64,000 nt of DNA. Source: Pseudomonadota bacterium. Its GTDB lineage: Bacteria; Pseudomonadota; Gammaproteobacteria; Steroidobacterales; Steroidobacteraceae. The notes under the pieces are model-generated. The model worked only from the letters and a program-made list of their open reading frames with translations. It was not told the origin of the DNA and did not search any database. Shown in pieces: positions 25,829 to 34,317 of this stretch. Numbering within the stretch: position 1 is the first letter of the stretch; every line of letters starts with the position of its first letter. Location of the stretch: positions 23,762-87,761 of the forward strand of contig CAUJHJ010000007.1 of assembly GCA_963204835.1 (NCBI GenBank), given 5' to 3'. The position numbers were made by a program, and so were the translations under genes.

Positions 25829-26445
25829 CGGGCAAAGGTTCCGACCCGCTCGCGCAGCTCCGTGAGCTTGCCGTGGAAGAAATGCCCCACGCCGGGGAAC
25901 ACCGCGATCTCGGGCGCTGGCGCCTGCTCCCGCGCCCAGTCGAGCACCGCATCCGCGGCAATGACTTCGTCGGCGTCGCCCTGCACCAGCAGCCAGGGAC
26001 AAGCCGGGCCGTCCACCTTGAAGGTCGACAGTCGGCCGACGGCCGGTGCGACGACCGCCACACGCTGCGCACCGCGCTGGCGCGACGCGCTGATCGCGAC
26101 GAAGCCGCCGAACGAGAAGCCCGCGAACCACACGGGCAGGCCCGGCCAGCGCGCGGCCCCCCACGCGGCGACCGCGAGCGCATCCTCGGTCTCGCCGCGC
26201 CCTTCGTCGTAAGTGCCCTCGCTCTGCCCGACGCCCCGGTAATTGAACCGCAGGGTGGGCATGCCGACGTCCTGCAGGGCGCGGGAGAGCGTGTAGACGA
26301 CCTTGTTATCCATCGTGCCACCCTGCAGAGGGTGTGGGTGGCAGACGACCCCGAAGGCACGCGGCGGCGTCCCGGCCGGCTCCTCGAGCAGGATCTCGAG
26401 TTGGCCAGCCGGACCGCCGATCAGGTTTCGGCTGCCGCGGGCCAT
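25804..26445 (-). CDS. alpha/beta hydrolase (COG2945-like)
   Basis: VVCHPHPLQGGTMDNKVV...FNYRGVGQSEG...WFAGFSFGGFV (GxSxG)...VQGDADEVI...GHFFHGK. Confidence 0.8.
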   Translation of the reverse strand: MARGSRNLIGGPAGQLEILLEEPAGTPPRAFGVVCHPHPLQGGTMDNKVVYTLSRALQDVGMPTLRFNYRGVGQSEGTYDEGRGETEDALAVAAWGAARWPGLPVWFAGFSFGGFVAISASRQRGAQRVAVVAPAVGRLSTFKVDGPACPWLLVQGDADEVIAADAVLDWAREQAPAPEIAVFPGVGHFFHGKLTELRERVGTFARKAASPAG

Positions 26446-27743
26446 CAGGGCGCCTTGTAGACGACGCCTTCCTTCATCACGAAGTTGACGCGCTGCATGG
26501 CCGTGATGTCGGCGAGCGGATCGCCCGCAACGGCGACGAGGTCGGCCTGCTTGCCCACCGTGACGCTGCCGACGCGATCGTCGATCTCGAGGAACTTCGC
26601 CGGCACGCTGGTCGCCGAACGGATCGCGGCTATGGCCGGCATGCCCGCCTCGACCATCAATGCAAACTCGCGCGCATTCTGGCCGTGGGCGGACACCCCG
26701 GTATCCGTCCCGAACATGATCGGCACGCCGGCCTTCCAGGCCCTGGCGAAGGTCTGCTGGATCTGTGGCCCCACGGCAAGCGCCTTCGGCCGCACGACCT
26801 CGGGCAGGAAACCGGGCTGCTGCGCGCGCTCGTAGACATACTGGCCCGCGCTGATCGTCGGGACGTAGAACACGCCCTTCTCCTTCATCAATCGCATGGC
26901 CTCGTCGTCGAGGAAGGTGCCGTGCTCGATGGAGTCGACGCCGCCGCGGATCGCACGCTTGATCCCCTCTGTGCCGTGCGCGTGGGCCGCGACCTTGAAG
27001 CCGTAGTCGCGCGCCGTCGCGGTGATCGTGCGGATCTCGTCCTCGGTGAACTGCGGGTTCATGCCGTTCTTGGCGATCGAGAGCACCCCGCCCGTGGCGG
27101 TGATCTTGATGACGTCGGCGCCATCCTTGTAGCGCTGGCGCACGGCCTGCGCGGCATCCGCCTGCCCGTCGGCCACACCGTCGAGCGGCCCGCTCTCGCC
27201 GTGGCGCAGGTCATCCGCCATGCCGTTGGTCGGATCGCCGTGGCCGCCGGTGGAAGCAATTGCCTTGCCGGCCGCGAAGATCCGCGGTCCGGGCACCTTG
27301 CCGGCATTGATCGCGTTGCGCAGCGCGATGTCGGCATTGAACTCGGAACCGAGGTCGCGCACGGTCGTGAACCCGGCGAGCAGCGTGCGCTGTGCGTAAA
27401 CCACGCCGTCGATCGCGACATCGGCCGGGTTCTTCTTGAAGCGATCCAGTTCGCTCGTGCGGCTGTTCTCGCTCGTGATGTGCACGTGCATGTCCATCAG
27501 GCCAGGCATCACCGTGGCCGAGCGCAGGTCGAGCACGCGATCGCCCTCGGCCGGCGCGCGGAACCCGGGTTCGATCGCGGCGATGCGGCCCGCATCGACC
27601 ACGATGGTCTGGCGTTCCGCCACTTTGTCGGAGAGGCCGTCGATCACGCGTCCAGCGTGGATCAGGGTCGCGGCACCTGCGGGCGACGCCAGCAGGAACC
27701 CCAGGGCCGCGAGCGATGCGGCCGGGCGCTGCGCGACGCTCAT
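26445..27743 (-). CDS. exported amidohydrolase-family metallo-hydrolase (imidazolonepropionase/Xaa-Pro dipeptidase-like)
   Basis: Signal peptide ending [16 protein letters not shown] metal motif, AAHAHG and FGTDTGV. Confidence 0.85.
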   Translation of the reverse strand: MSVAQRPAASLAALGFLLASPAGAATLIHAGRVIDGLSDKVAERQTIVVDAGRIAAIEPGFRAPAEGDRVLDLRSATVMPGLMDMHVHITSENSRTSELDRFKKNPADVAIDGVVYAQRTLLAGFTTVRDLGSEFNADIALRNAINAGKVPGPRIFAAGKAIASTGGHGDPTNGMADDLRHGESGPLDGVADGQADAAQAVRQRYKDGADVIKITATGGVLSIAKNGMNPQFTEDEIRTITATARDYGFKVAAHAHGTEGIKRAIRGGVDSIEHGTFLDDEAMRLMKEKGVFYVPTISAGQYVYERAQQPGFLPEVVRPKALAVGPQIQQTFARAWKAGVPIMFGTDTGVSAHGQNAREFALMVEAGMPAIAAIRSATSVPAKFLEIDDRVGSVTVGKQADLVAVAGDPLADITAMQRVNFVMKEGVVYKAP

Positions 27744-28189
27744 TGGATGCCGACGAGTTCGACGTCGAAGACGAGGGTCGCGCCCGGCGGAATCACCCCG
27801 CCGGCGCCACGCGCGCCGTAGCCGAGTTCGGGCGGGATCACGAGCCGGCGCTGCCCGCCCACCTTCATGCCCGCGACGCCCTGGTCCCAGCCGGCAATCA
27901 CCTCGCCCGCACCGATGCTGAAGGAGAAGGGCTGGCCGTGGTCATGCGAGCTGTCGAACTTCCTGCCCTTGTGCCCGGGCGCCGCGGCGTCGTACAGCCA
28001 GCCGGTGTAATGCACGACGGCGGCCTGGCCGGCAGCGACAGCGGGGCCGCTGCCTTCTTTCAGGTCGGTGATGGCAACGGACACGGTGGCGGACTCCTTC
28101 TGGTCGGTGGCGGGGGGCTGGTCGGTTGCGCTGCACGCCGCGAGGGGCAGGAGAGCCAGCAACAGGGCAGTCAGGCGGGACTTGGGCAT
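27740..28189 (-). CDS. FKBP-type peptidyl-prolyl isomerase lipoprotein
   Basis: Lipobox LLPLAAC. VHYTGWL...GRKFDSSHD...[26 protein letters not shown]...[13 protein letters not shown]. Confidence 0.88.
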   Translation of the reverse strand: MPKSRLTALLLALLPLAACSATDQPPATDQKESATVSVAITDLKEGSGPAVAAGQAAVVHYTGWLYDAAAPGHKGRKFDSSHDHGQPFSFSIGAGEVIAGWDQGVAGMKVGGQRRLVIPPELGYGARGAGGVIPPGATLVFDVELVGIQ

Positions 28190-28591
28190 TCAGCGGGGCT
28201 CCCGGTCAGGTTTGAAATCGAGCGAAACGGAATTGATGCAGTACCGCTGCCCCGTGGGCCGCGGACCGTCGTCGAACACATGGCCGAGGTGCGCGCCGCA
28301 CCGGGCGCAGTTGACCTCGACACGCACCATGCCATGGCTCGAGTCGCGCGCTGTCGTCACGCGCTCACCGGCCAGCGGCAACCAGAAGCTCGGCCAGCCC
28401 GAGCCGGAATCGTATTTCGTATCGGAGCTGAAGAGCGCCGTGCCGCACACCACGCAGCTATAGGTGCCCTGCGCCTTGTTGGCGTTGTACTCGCCGGTGA
28501 AGGCGCGCTCGGTGCCCTTCTCCTGCGTGACATGGAAAGCGAGCGGCGACAGCCGCTCGCGCAAGTCATCGAGGCGCTTGGTGTCGGTCAT
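28190..28591 (-). CDS. msrB: peptide-methionine (R)-S-oxide reductase
   Basis: YSCVVCG...GWPSF...[16 protein letters not shown]...RYCINS. Confidence 0.92.
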   Translation of the reverse strand: MTDTKRLDDLRERLSPLAFHVTQEKGTERAFTGEYNANKAQGTYSCVVCGTALFSSDTKYDSGSGWPSFWLPLAGERVTTARDSSHGMVRVEVNCARCGAHLGHVFDDGPRPTGQRYCINSVSLDFKPDREPR

Positions 28592-28618
28592 GGCGGGCCT
28601 CCCGCATCCGGGCGGGCA

Positions 28619-30502
28619 TTATCGCAGGGCGGCGAGCCGCAACAACACCCGGTTGAGCCGGCGCACGAAATCGCCGGGATTGGCCACTTCGCCGGCCTCG
28701 GCGAGCGCGGCCTGGTCGTGGAGCAGCAGCGCGAGCTCGTCGAAGGCCTCGCCCGCCTCGAGCTCCTCGAGCCGCTGCACGAGCGGGTGGGCGACGTTCA
28801 CCTCGAGCACCGGCTTGCCCTGCGGCGCCTTCTGGCCCGCACTCGCGAGGATGCGGCGCATCTGCGCGCCGGGTTCGTGTTCGGCGAGCACGAGGCAGGC
28901 GGGCGTCTCCGCGAGCCGCCGGCTCACGCGCACTTCGCTGACCCGCTCGCCGAGCGCATCCTTGATGCGCTTCAGCAACGGCTTGCTTTCCTTCACCGCC
29001 GCGTCGTGCAGCGCCTCCTCGCCGGCCGCCAGCTTGCCGAGGTCGAGGTCGCCGCGCGTCGCATCCTGGAAGCGCTTGCCCTCGAAGGCCGTGAGGCGTC
29101 CCATGGCCCACTCGTCGATCCGGTCGGCGAGCAGCAGCACCTCGACGCCCTTGGCCGTGAGGCGCTCGATGTAGGGGCTCGTGCGGGCCGCGGCCACGCT
29201 GTCGGCGATGAGGAAGTAGATGAGCTCCTGCCCGGGCTGCATGCGCGCGACATAGTCCGCAAGCTTCACGCTCGCGGCGTCGCCCTCGGCCTTCGTGCTC
29301 GCGAAGCGCAGCAGCGGCAGCAGCTTCTCGCGCGTCGACTCGTCCTCGGCCACGCCTTCCTTCAGCACCGGGCCGAACTCGCGCCAGAAAGTCGCGTACT
29401 TCGCCGGGTCCTCGTCCGCGGCGAGCCTCGCCACGAGGTCGAGCGCGCGCTTCGCGAGCGCCCCGCGCATCGCTTCGACTTCCGGACTCTGTTGCAGCAG
29501 TTCGCGTGACACGTTGAGCGGCAGGTCGTTCGAATCGACGAGCCCGCGCATGAAACGCAGGAAGGAAGGCAGCAGCTCGGCGTCGTCCATGATGAACACG
29601 CGGCGCACGTAGAGCTTGAGGCCGCGCGGGCTTTCGCGGTGCCAAAGGTCGAACGGCGCGCGCCCGGGAATGTAGAGCAGGCTGGTGTACTCGCGCCGCC
29701 CCTCCACCTTGTTGTGGCTCCAGGCGAGCGGGGCGTCGAAATCGTGCGCCACATGCTGGTAGAACTCGCGGTACTCCTCGTCGCCCACCTCGCTGCGCGG
29801 GCGGGTCCAGAGCGCCTTCGCCTGGTTGACCGGCTCGTAGTCGAGCGACGCGGCGCCTTCCTTGCGCATCTGCACGGGAAAGGCGATATGGTCGGAATAG
29901 CGGCGCACGAGGGCGCGCAGCCGGAAGGCGTCGAGGAATTCCTTCGCTTCGTCCTTCAGGTGCAGGACGACGCTCGTGCCACGCTCCGCCCGCTCGATCG
30001 TCTCGACCGTGAACTCGCCGTCGGCCCGCGAGGCCCAGCGCACGGCCGCCGCGGCGGGCAACCCGGCCTTGCGGCTGAACACCTCGACTTCGTCCGCGAC
30101 GATGAACGACGAATAGAAGCCGACGCCGAACTGGCCGATCAGCTGCGAATCCTTCTGCTCGTCGCCGGTCAGCCGGCGGAAGAACTCCGCCGTGCCCGAC
30201 TTGGCGATCGTGCCGAGGTGCTCGATCGCCTCGTCACGCGAGAGGCCGATGCCGTTGTCGCGCACCGTGAGGGTGCCGGCCTTGTCGTCCGTCTCTATCC
30301 ACACGCCGAGTTCGGCGCCGCCCTCGAGCAGCGTGGCATCGGCGAGCGCGGCAAAGCGCAGCTTGTCGTTCGCATCGGACGCGTTCGAGATCAGCTCGCG
30401 GAGGAAGATTTCCCTGTGGCTGTACAGGGAATGGATCATGAGCTTCAGCAGCTCACGGACTTCGGCCTGGAAGCCGAGCGTTTCGGTGGCGGTTGCGGTC
30501 AT
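28619..30502 (-). CDS. htpG: molecular chaperone Hsp90
   Basis: ETLGFQAEVRELLKLMIHSLYSHREIFLRELISNASDA...GQFGVGFYSSF matches E. coli HtpG from the N-terminus. Confidence 0.95.
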   Translation of the reverse strand: MTATATETLGFQAEVRELLKLMIHSLYSHREIFLRELISNASDANDKLRFAALADATLLEGGAELGVWIETDDKAGTLTVRDNGIGLSRDEAIEHLGTIAKSGTAEFFRRLTGDEQKDSQLIGQFGVGFYSSFIVADEVEVFSRKAGLPAAAAVRWASRADGEFTVETIERAERGTSVVLHLKDEAKEFLDAFRLRALVRRYSDHIAFPVQMRKEGAASLDYEPVNQAKALWTRPRSEVGDEEYREFYQHVAHDFDAPLAWSHNKVEGRREYTSLLYIPGRAPFDLWHRESPRGLKLYVRRVFIMDDAELLPSFLRFMRGLVDSNDLPLNVSRELLQQSPEVEAMRGALAKRALDLVARLAADEDPAKYATFWREFGPVLKEGVAEDESTREKLLPLLRFASTKAEGDAASVKLADYVARMQPGQELIYFLIADSVAAARTSPYIERLTAKGVEVLLLADRIDEWAMGRLTAFEGKRFQDATRGDLDLGKLAAGEEALHDAAVKESKPLLKRIKDALGERVSEVRVSRRLAETPACLVLAEHEPGAQMRRILASAGQKAPQGKPVLEVNVAHPLVQRLEELEAGEAFDELALLLHDQAALAEAGEVANPGDFVRRLNRVLLRLAALR

Positions 30503-30512
30503 GGCGCGGGGA

Positions 30513-30540
30513 ATGTAGGGCCCCGCGCGGGAAAATCAAG
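30513..30540 (-). promoter_or_regulatory. sigma32-like heat-shock promoter of htpG (CCCCTTGATT-N13-CCCTACAT)
   Basis: The minus strand reads CCACCCCTTGATTTTCCCGCGCGGGGCCCTACATTCCCCGCGCC-ATG. It resembles the E. coli RpoH consensus CCCTTGAA-N13-17-CCCCATnT. The -10 element ends only 10 nt before the ATG. Confidence 0.4.
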
Positions 30541-30755
30541 GGGTGGCCGCCGGCGTGGGCGACCGGGCCGCCGCGTCAGCGGCCGAGCAGCCAGCCGAAC
30601 GGGCCAGATATCGCCGTGACGACGACGTGGCGGCTGGCGCCGAACCAGTCGTCGAGCTCGTCCCACAGCAGCAGCATGCGTTCCATGCAGGCGCAGGTTA
30701 GCGGGATGGCGTGGCGCTCGCCGTGCGCGGGCTCACAGTGTAGGCTTCCCGGAGG

Positions 30756-31472
30756 ATGCAAGGCCCACAGCGCATCGTCGTGCTCAACCCGAAGGGCGGA
30801 TCGGGCAAGACCACCATTGCAATCAACCTCGCCAGTTATTTCGCGACCCGCGGGCTCACGCCGTTGCTGATGGACTTCGACCCGCAAGGCTCCTCCATGC
30901 GCTGGATCAGGAAGCGCCCGCCCACCTTGCCGGAGATCCGCGCGGTCGCCGCCTTCGAGCGTGACACGCGCCTCACCCGCAGCTTCCAGTTGCGCGCCCC
31001 GGAGGGCACCGGCCGCGTGATCGTCGACACGCCGGCCGCCGTGCCATCGCATGGCTTTCCCGACATCACGCGCGACGCCCACAAGATCATCGTGCCGGTG
31101 CTGCCCTCCGACATCGACATCCACGCCGCTTCCAAGTGCATCGCGGACCTGCTGCTCGTGGCGAAGATCCGCCGCGGCGACAACCGCATCGGCGTGATCG
31201 CCAACCGCGTGCGCAGGAATACGCTGGTCTACCAGGCGTTGATGCGCTTCCTCGAAACCCTCGGCATCCCGGTGGTGGCCACGTTCCGCGATTCGCAGAG
31301 CTATGTGCGCAGCGCCGAGCTCGGCATCGGCATCCACGAGATGAAGAGCTACACGGTGCGCGAGGACCTCGACCAGTGGCAACCGCTGGTCGAGTGGCTG
31401 GAAGCGGGGGCGTCGCCCGTGCTGGAGCATGCCGGCGGGGCGATGGCCGCGGGCGCGGCGTCGGCGGGCTGA
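30756..31472 (+). CDS. ParA/MinD-family ATPase (orphan, no ParB-like partner adjacent)
   Basis: Deviant Walker A VLNPKGGSGKTTIAINLA, Walker A' MDFDPQGS and Walker B VIVDTP. Confidence 0.85.
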   Translation: MQGPQRIVVLNPKGGSGKTTIAINLASYFATRGLTPLLMDFDPQGSSMRWIRKRPPTLPEIRAVAAFERDTRLTRSFQLRAPEGTGRVIVDTPAAVPSHGFPDITRDAHKIIVPVLPSDIDIHAASKCIADLLLVAKIRRGDNRIGVIANRVRRNTLVYQALMRFLETLGIPVVATFRDSQSYVRSAELGIGIHEMKSYTVREDLDQWQPLVEWLEAGASPVLEHAGGAMAAGAASAG

Positions 31473-31486
31473 GGGTCGGCGCGGGC

Positions 31487-31810
31487 CTATTTCCCTTCGC
31501 CGTCGTCCCAGTCTGTCTTCACCCGCTCGGCCCAGTTCTTGTAGCTCGACCAGGTGTAGAGGTTGCGCGTGATCGCGGAATGCCGGCCGCGCGCGCGCTG
31601 CATGCGGTCGGTCCAGTTGGCGAAATCGCTGCCCGAGGGCGTCGGCGTCGCACCTGCCGCCACCGGGACTTCGCTGTTGTTTGCACCTGAAGGTTTCATG
31701 ACGGCCATCCGCAACTCGACGAGGCGAGCGTAGGAAACGCGCGGCCGCTCCGACAGGAACTGCGTCACGGCATCGCGCGGCGCCTGCTTGCGCGGCGTTA
31801 TGTCATGCAA
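31487..31810 (-). CDS. hypothetical small Trp-rich protein
   Basis: High GC3 over the whole ORF. The TTG at 31810 overlaps the ppnN stop by 8 nt. An alternative ATG at 31708 would give 73 aa. C-terminus ...NWTDRM...LYTWSSYKNWAERVKTDWDDGEGK. No family recognised. Confidence 0.45.
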   Translation of the reverse strand: MHDITPRKQAPRDAVTQFLSERPRVSYARLVELRMAVMKPSGANNSEVPVAAGATPTPSGSDFANWTDRMQRARGRHSAITRNLYTWSSYKNWAERVKTDWDDGEGK

Positions 31811-33188
31811 CGAGGCGGTAGCACGGCTGGTACTCCGAGCCGGGCAGCTTCATGCGGCCCTGCGCGACGAAGGCGCGCAGCAGGTCGTCGAGCAGGCGCA
31901 TCACCGCCGGGTCGCCGCTCAGTTCGTACGGCCCGCGCGCTTCGATCGCCTTGATGCCGTGGTCCTTCACGTTGCCGGTGACGATTCCCGAGAACGCCCG
32001 GCGCAGGTTGGCGGCGAGCTGGTACGGCGGCAGGCTGCGGTGCAGGTCGAGCGCGCGCATCGTCTCGTGCGTCACCTCGAAGGGCAGCTGGAAATCGGGG
32101 CGAATGCGCAGCAGCCAGTTGAAGTTGTAGGAATCGTTGGCGCGGCGGCGGTGCTCGCGCACTTCCTCGAGCGACTGCGACATCTGGCGCGCCGCCTCGG
32201 CCGGGTCTCCCGGCACGATGCGCAGGCGTGCGAGCGCCGCCTTGCCCACGGTGCCCTCGAGGAACTGCGCGATGCGCTCGAAGTACGCGCCGCTGTCCTT
32301 CGGCCCGGTGAGGATCACCGGCAGCGGTTGCTGCGCATTCTCCGGATCGAGCAGGATGCCGAGCAGGTAGAGGATTTCCTCCGCGGTGCCCGCCCCGCCC
32401 GGGAACACCATCACCCCGTGGCCGAGCCGCACGAAGGCCTCGAGGCGCTTCTCGATGTCCGGCATGATCACCAGCTGGTTGACGATCGGGTTCGGCGGCT
32501 CGGCCGCGATGATGCCGGGCTCGGTGATGCCGATGTAGCGCCCGCGCGAAATGCGCTGCTTCGCGTGGCCGATGTTCGCGCCCTTCATCGGGCCCTTCAT
32601 CGCACCCGGCCCGCAGCCGGTGCAGACATCGAGGCCGCGCAGGCCGAGTTCGTAGCCGACCTTCTTGGTGTAGTCGTACTCCTCGCGGCTGATCGAGTGC
32701 CCGCCCCAGCAGACGACCAGGTTGGGCGGCGCCTTGTGATCGAGGGCGTGGGCGTTGCGCAGGATATGGAACACCGCATTGGTGATCGAGCGCGGATCCC
32801 CGAGGTCGAAGCGGGTGCTGTCGTTGATCTCGTTCGAGATGAACACCACGTCGCGCAGCACCGAGAAGACATGCTCCTTGATGCCGCGGATCATCTCGCC
32901 GTCGACGAACGACATCGCCGGCGCGTTGCGTATCGCGAGCTTGATGCCCCAGGGGTGTCGCACGATCTCGATGGCGAAGTCGCGGTAGCGCTCGAAGATC
33001 TCGCGTGCGTTGTCGGTTTCGCTGCCTGAATTGAGCACCGCCAGCACGCACTGGCGAAAGAGCGGGTAGAGGCCGCGCTGGCTCGAGTCGAGCAGCTGTT
33101 CGATCTCTTCCTGGGACAGGGTCTCGAGGCTGCCGCGCGGCCCGATGCGCGCGTCGACGAATTCGGGGATGACGATGCTGGTTTCCAT
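31803..33188 (-). CDS. ppnN: pyrimidine/purine nucleotide 5'-monophosphate nucleosidase (LOG family, YgdH/PpnN)
   Basis: LFRQCVLAVLNSGSETDN...VVCWGGHSI...TGCGPGAMKGPMKGA...MPDIEKRLEAFVR...FPGGAGTAEE is collinear with E. coli YgdH. ATG at 33188. The track ORF (to 33983) is an over-extension. Confidence 0.88.
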   Translation of the reverse strand: METSIVIPEFVDARIGPRGSLETLSQEEIEQLLDSSQRGLYPLFRQCVLAVLNSGSETDNAREIFERYRDFAIEIVRHPWGIKLAIRNAPAMSFVDGEMIRGIKEHVFSVLRDVVFISNEINDSTRFDLGDPRSITNAVFHILRNAHALDHKAPPNLVVCWGGHSISREEYDYTKKVGYELGLRGLDVCTGCGPGAMKGPMKGANIGHAKQRISRGRYIGITEPGIIAAEPPNPIVNQLVIMPDIEKRLEAFVRLGHGVMVFPGGAGTAEEILYLLGILLDPENAQQPLPVILTGPKDSGAYFERIAQFLEGTVGKAALARLRIVPGDPAEAARQMSQSLEEVREHRRRANDSYNFNWLLRIRPDFQLPFEVTHETMRALDLHRSLPPYQLAANLRRAFSGIVTGNVKDHGIKAIEARGPYELSGDPAVMRLLDDLLRAFVAQGRMKLPGSEYQPCYRLVA

Positions 33189-33208
33189 CCCCGCCACGCT
33201 AGCGCGTG

Positions 33209-33769
33209 TCAGGGCCGGATGTCGATTGGCACGTGATCGGGAGTGAGCAGCCAGATCTCGAGCATCTCGGCGTTCGTCACGGCGATGCAGCCGTCGGTCC
33301 AGTCGGTGCGCTCGTAGTACTCGGGCGTGCGCTTCAGCTCGTTCGGCAGGCCGTGGATCATGATCGCACCGCCCGCATCCCAGCCGTTCCTGCGCGCATG
33401 GCGCAGGTCGCGGGCGCTCGGGTAGGAGACCTGGATCGAAAGGAAATAGTCGCTGCGCGCATTGCGCCGCGTGAGCATGTAGCTGCCTTCCGGCGTGCGG
33501 AAATCGCCCGAGCGCTCCTTGTGGCCCACGGGATTCAAGCCGAGCGCGATCTTGTACTCGCGCAGGACCTGTCCGTGGCGCAGCAGCTGCAGGCGCCGCT
33601 CGCCCTTCAGGACGAGGACCCGGTCGGCCACCGGCAGGCTCTCCGCGGCCGGCTGCACCACCGATACGCGTTGCGCGCCCGGCAGGCTGTCGGCGGCCGC
33701 CGGCATCGCGCAAAGCGCAGCCAGCAGCGCGGCCACTCCTGTCAGCGACGGCAACCCGGAAAACTTCAT
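33209..33769 (-). CDS. L,D-transpeptidase (YkuD) family protein, exported
   Basis: Signal peptide MKFSGLPSLTGVAALLAALCAMPAAA. Catalytic HG...TDGCIAV motif. Confidence 0.85.
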   Translation of the reverse strand: MKFSGLPSLTGVAALLAALCAMPAAADSLPGAQRVSVVQPAAESLPVADRVLVLKGERRLQLLRHGQVLREYKIALGLNPVGHKERSGDFRTPEGSYMLTRRNARSDYFLSIQVSYPSARDLRHARRNGWDAGGAIMIHGLPNELKRTPEYYERTDWTDGCIAVTNAEMLEIWLLTPDHVPIDIRP

Positions 33770-33900
33770 GGGCGGGATTATAGGTACGCCCGGCCTCCGG
33801 GGCGACCGTGCCGCTGTCACGATCCGGCGACAGTCCCGGCCCGTTGCCGTGGAGCGTGCGGCGCGTCACGATCGGCGCTCCTGCCAGGGAGGCTGCCGGA

Positions 33901-34314
33901 ATGACGAAGTTGTCCCTTGCCACCCGCCACCGCGGGCGGGTGGCGATCGCCGCCGCGCTGTTTGCGATACCCGGCCTCATCAACCTCTACCCGCTCGTCG
34001 GCGTGCTCGGCGCGAAGCAGCTCGAGTCGCTCTATGGCGTGGACGTGGCTGCGCCGGATCTCGCGCTGCTGCTGCGGCACCGCGCCGTGCTCTTCGGCCT
34101 GCTCGGCGCCTTGCTGCTGGCGGCTGCATGGCGTCCCCGCCTGCGCGCGCTCGCGACAGGCGCGGGCCTCGTCAGCATGCTTGCGTTCGTGGTCCTCGCG
34201 CTACCGCTCGGCGCACACGGCCCGGCCGTGGTCCGCGTCGCGTGGGCCGACCTGCTCGCCTCGCTGCTCCTCGCTTGCGGCGCATTGCTTGCCCGGCAGG
34301 CCCGCGCGCCCTGA
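33901..34314 (+). CDS. hypothetical integral membrane protein (about 4 TM segments)
   Basis: Hydrophobic segments VAIAAALFAIPGLINLYPLVGVLG, AVLFGLLGALLLAAAW, LVSMLAFVVLALPL and LLASLLLACGALLA. ATG at 33901. Confidence 0.5.
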   Translation: MTKLSLATRHRGRVAIAAALFAIPGLINLYPLVGVLGAKQLESLYGVDVAAPDLALLLRHRAVLFGLLGALLLAAAWRPRLRALATGAGLVSMLAFVVLALPLGAHGPAVVRVAWADLLASLLLACGALLARQARAP

Positions 34315-34317
34315 CTT

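Noticed and set aside
27716-30619. Plus-strand ORFs 27716-29509 (597 aa) and 29639-30619 (326 aa), and minus-strand ORF 28566-29645 (out of frame).
   Set aside because: They overlap FKBP, msrB and htpG, and their composition is low-complexity.
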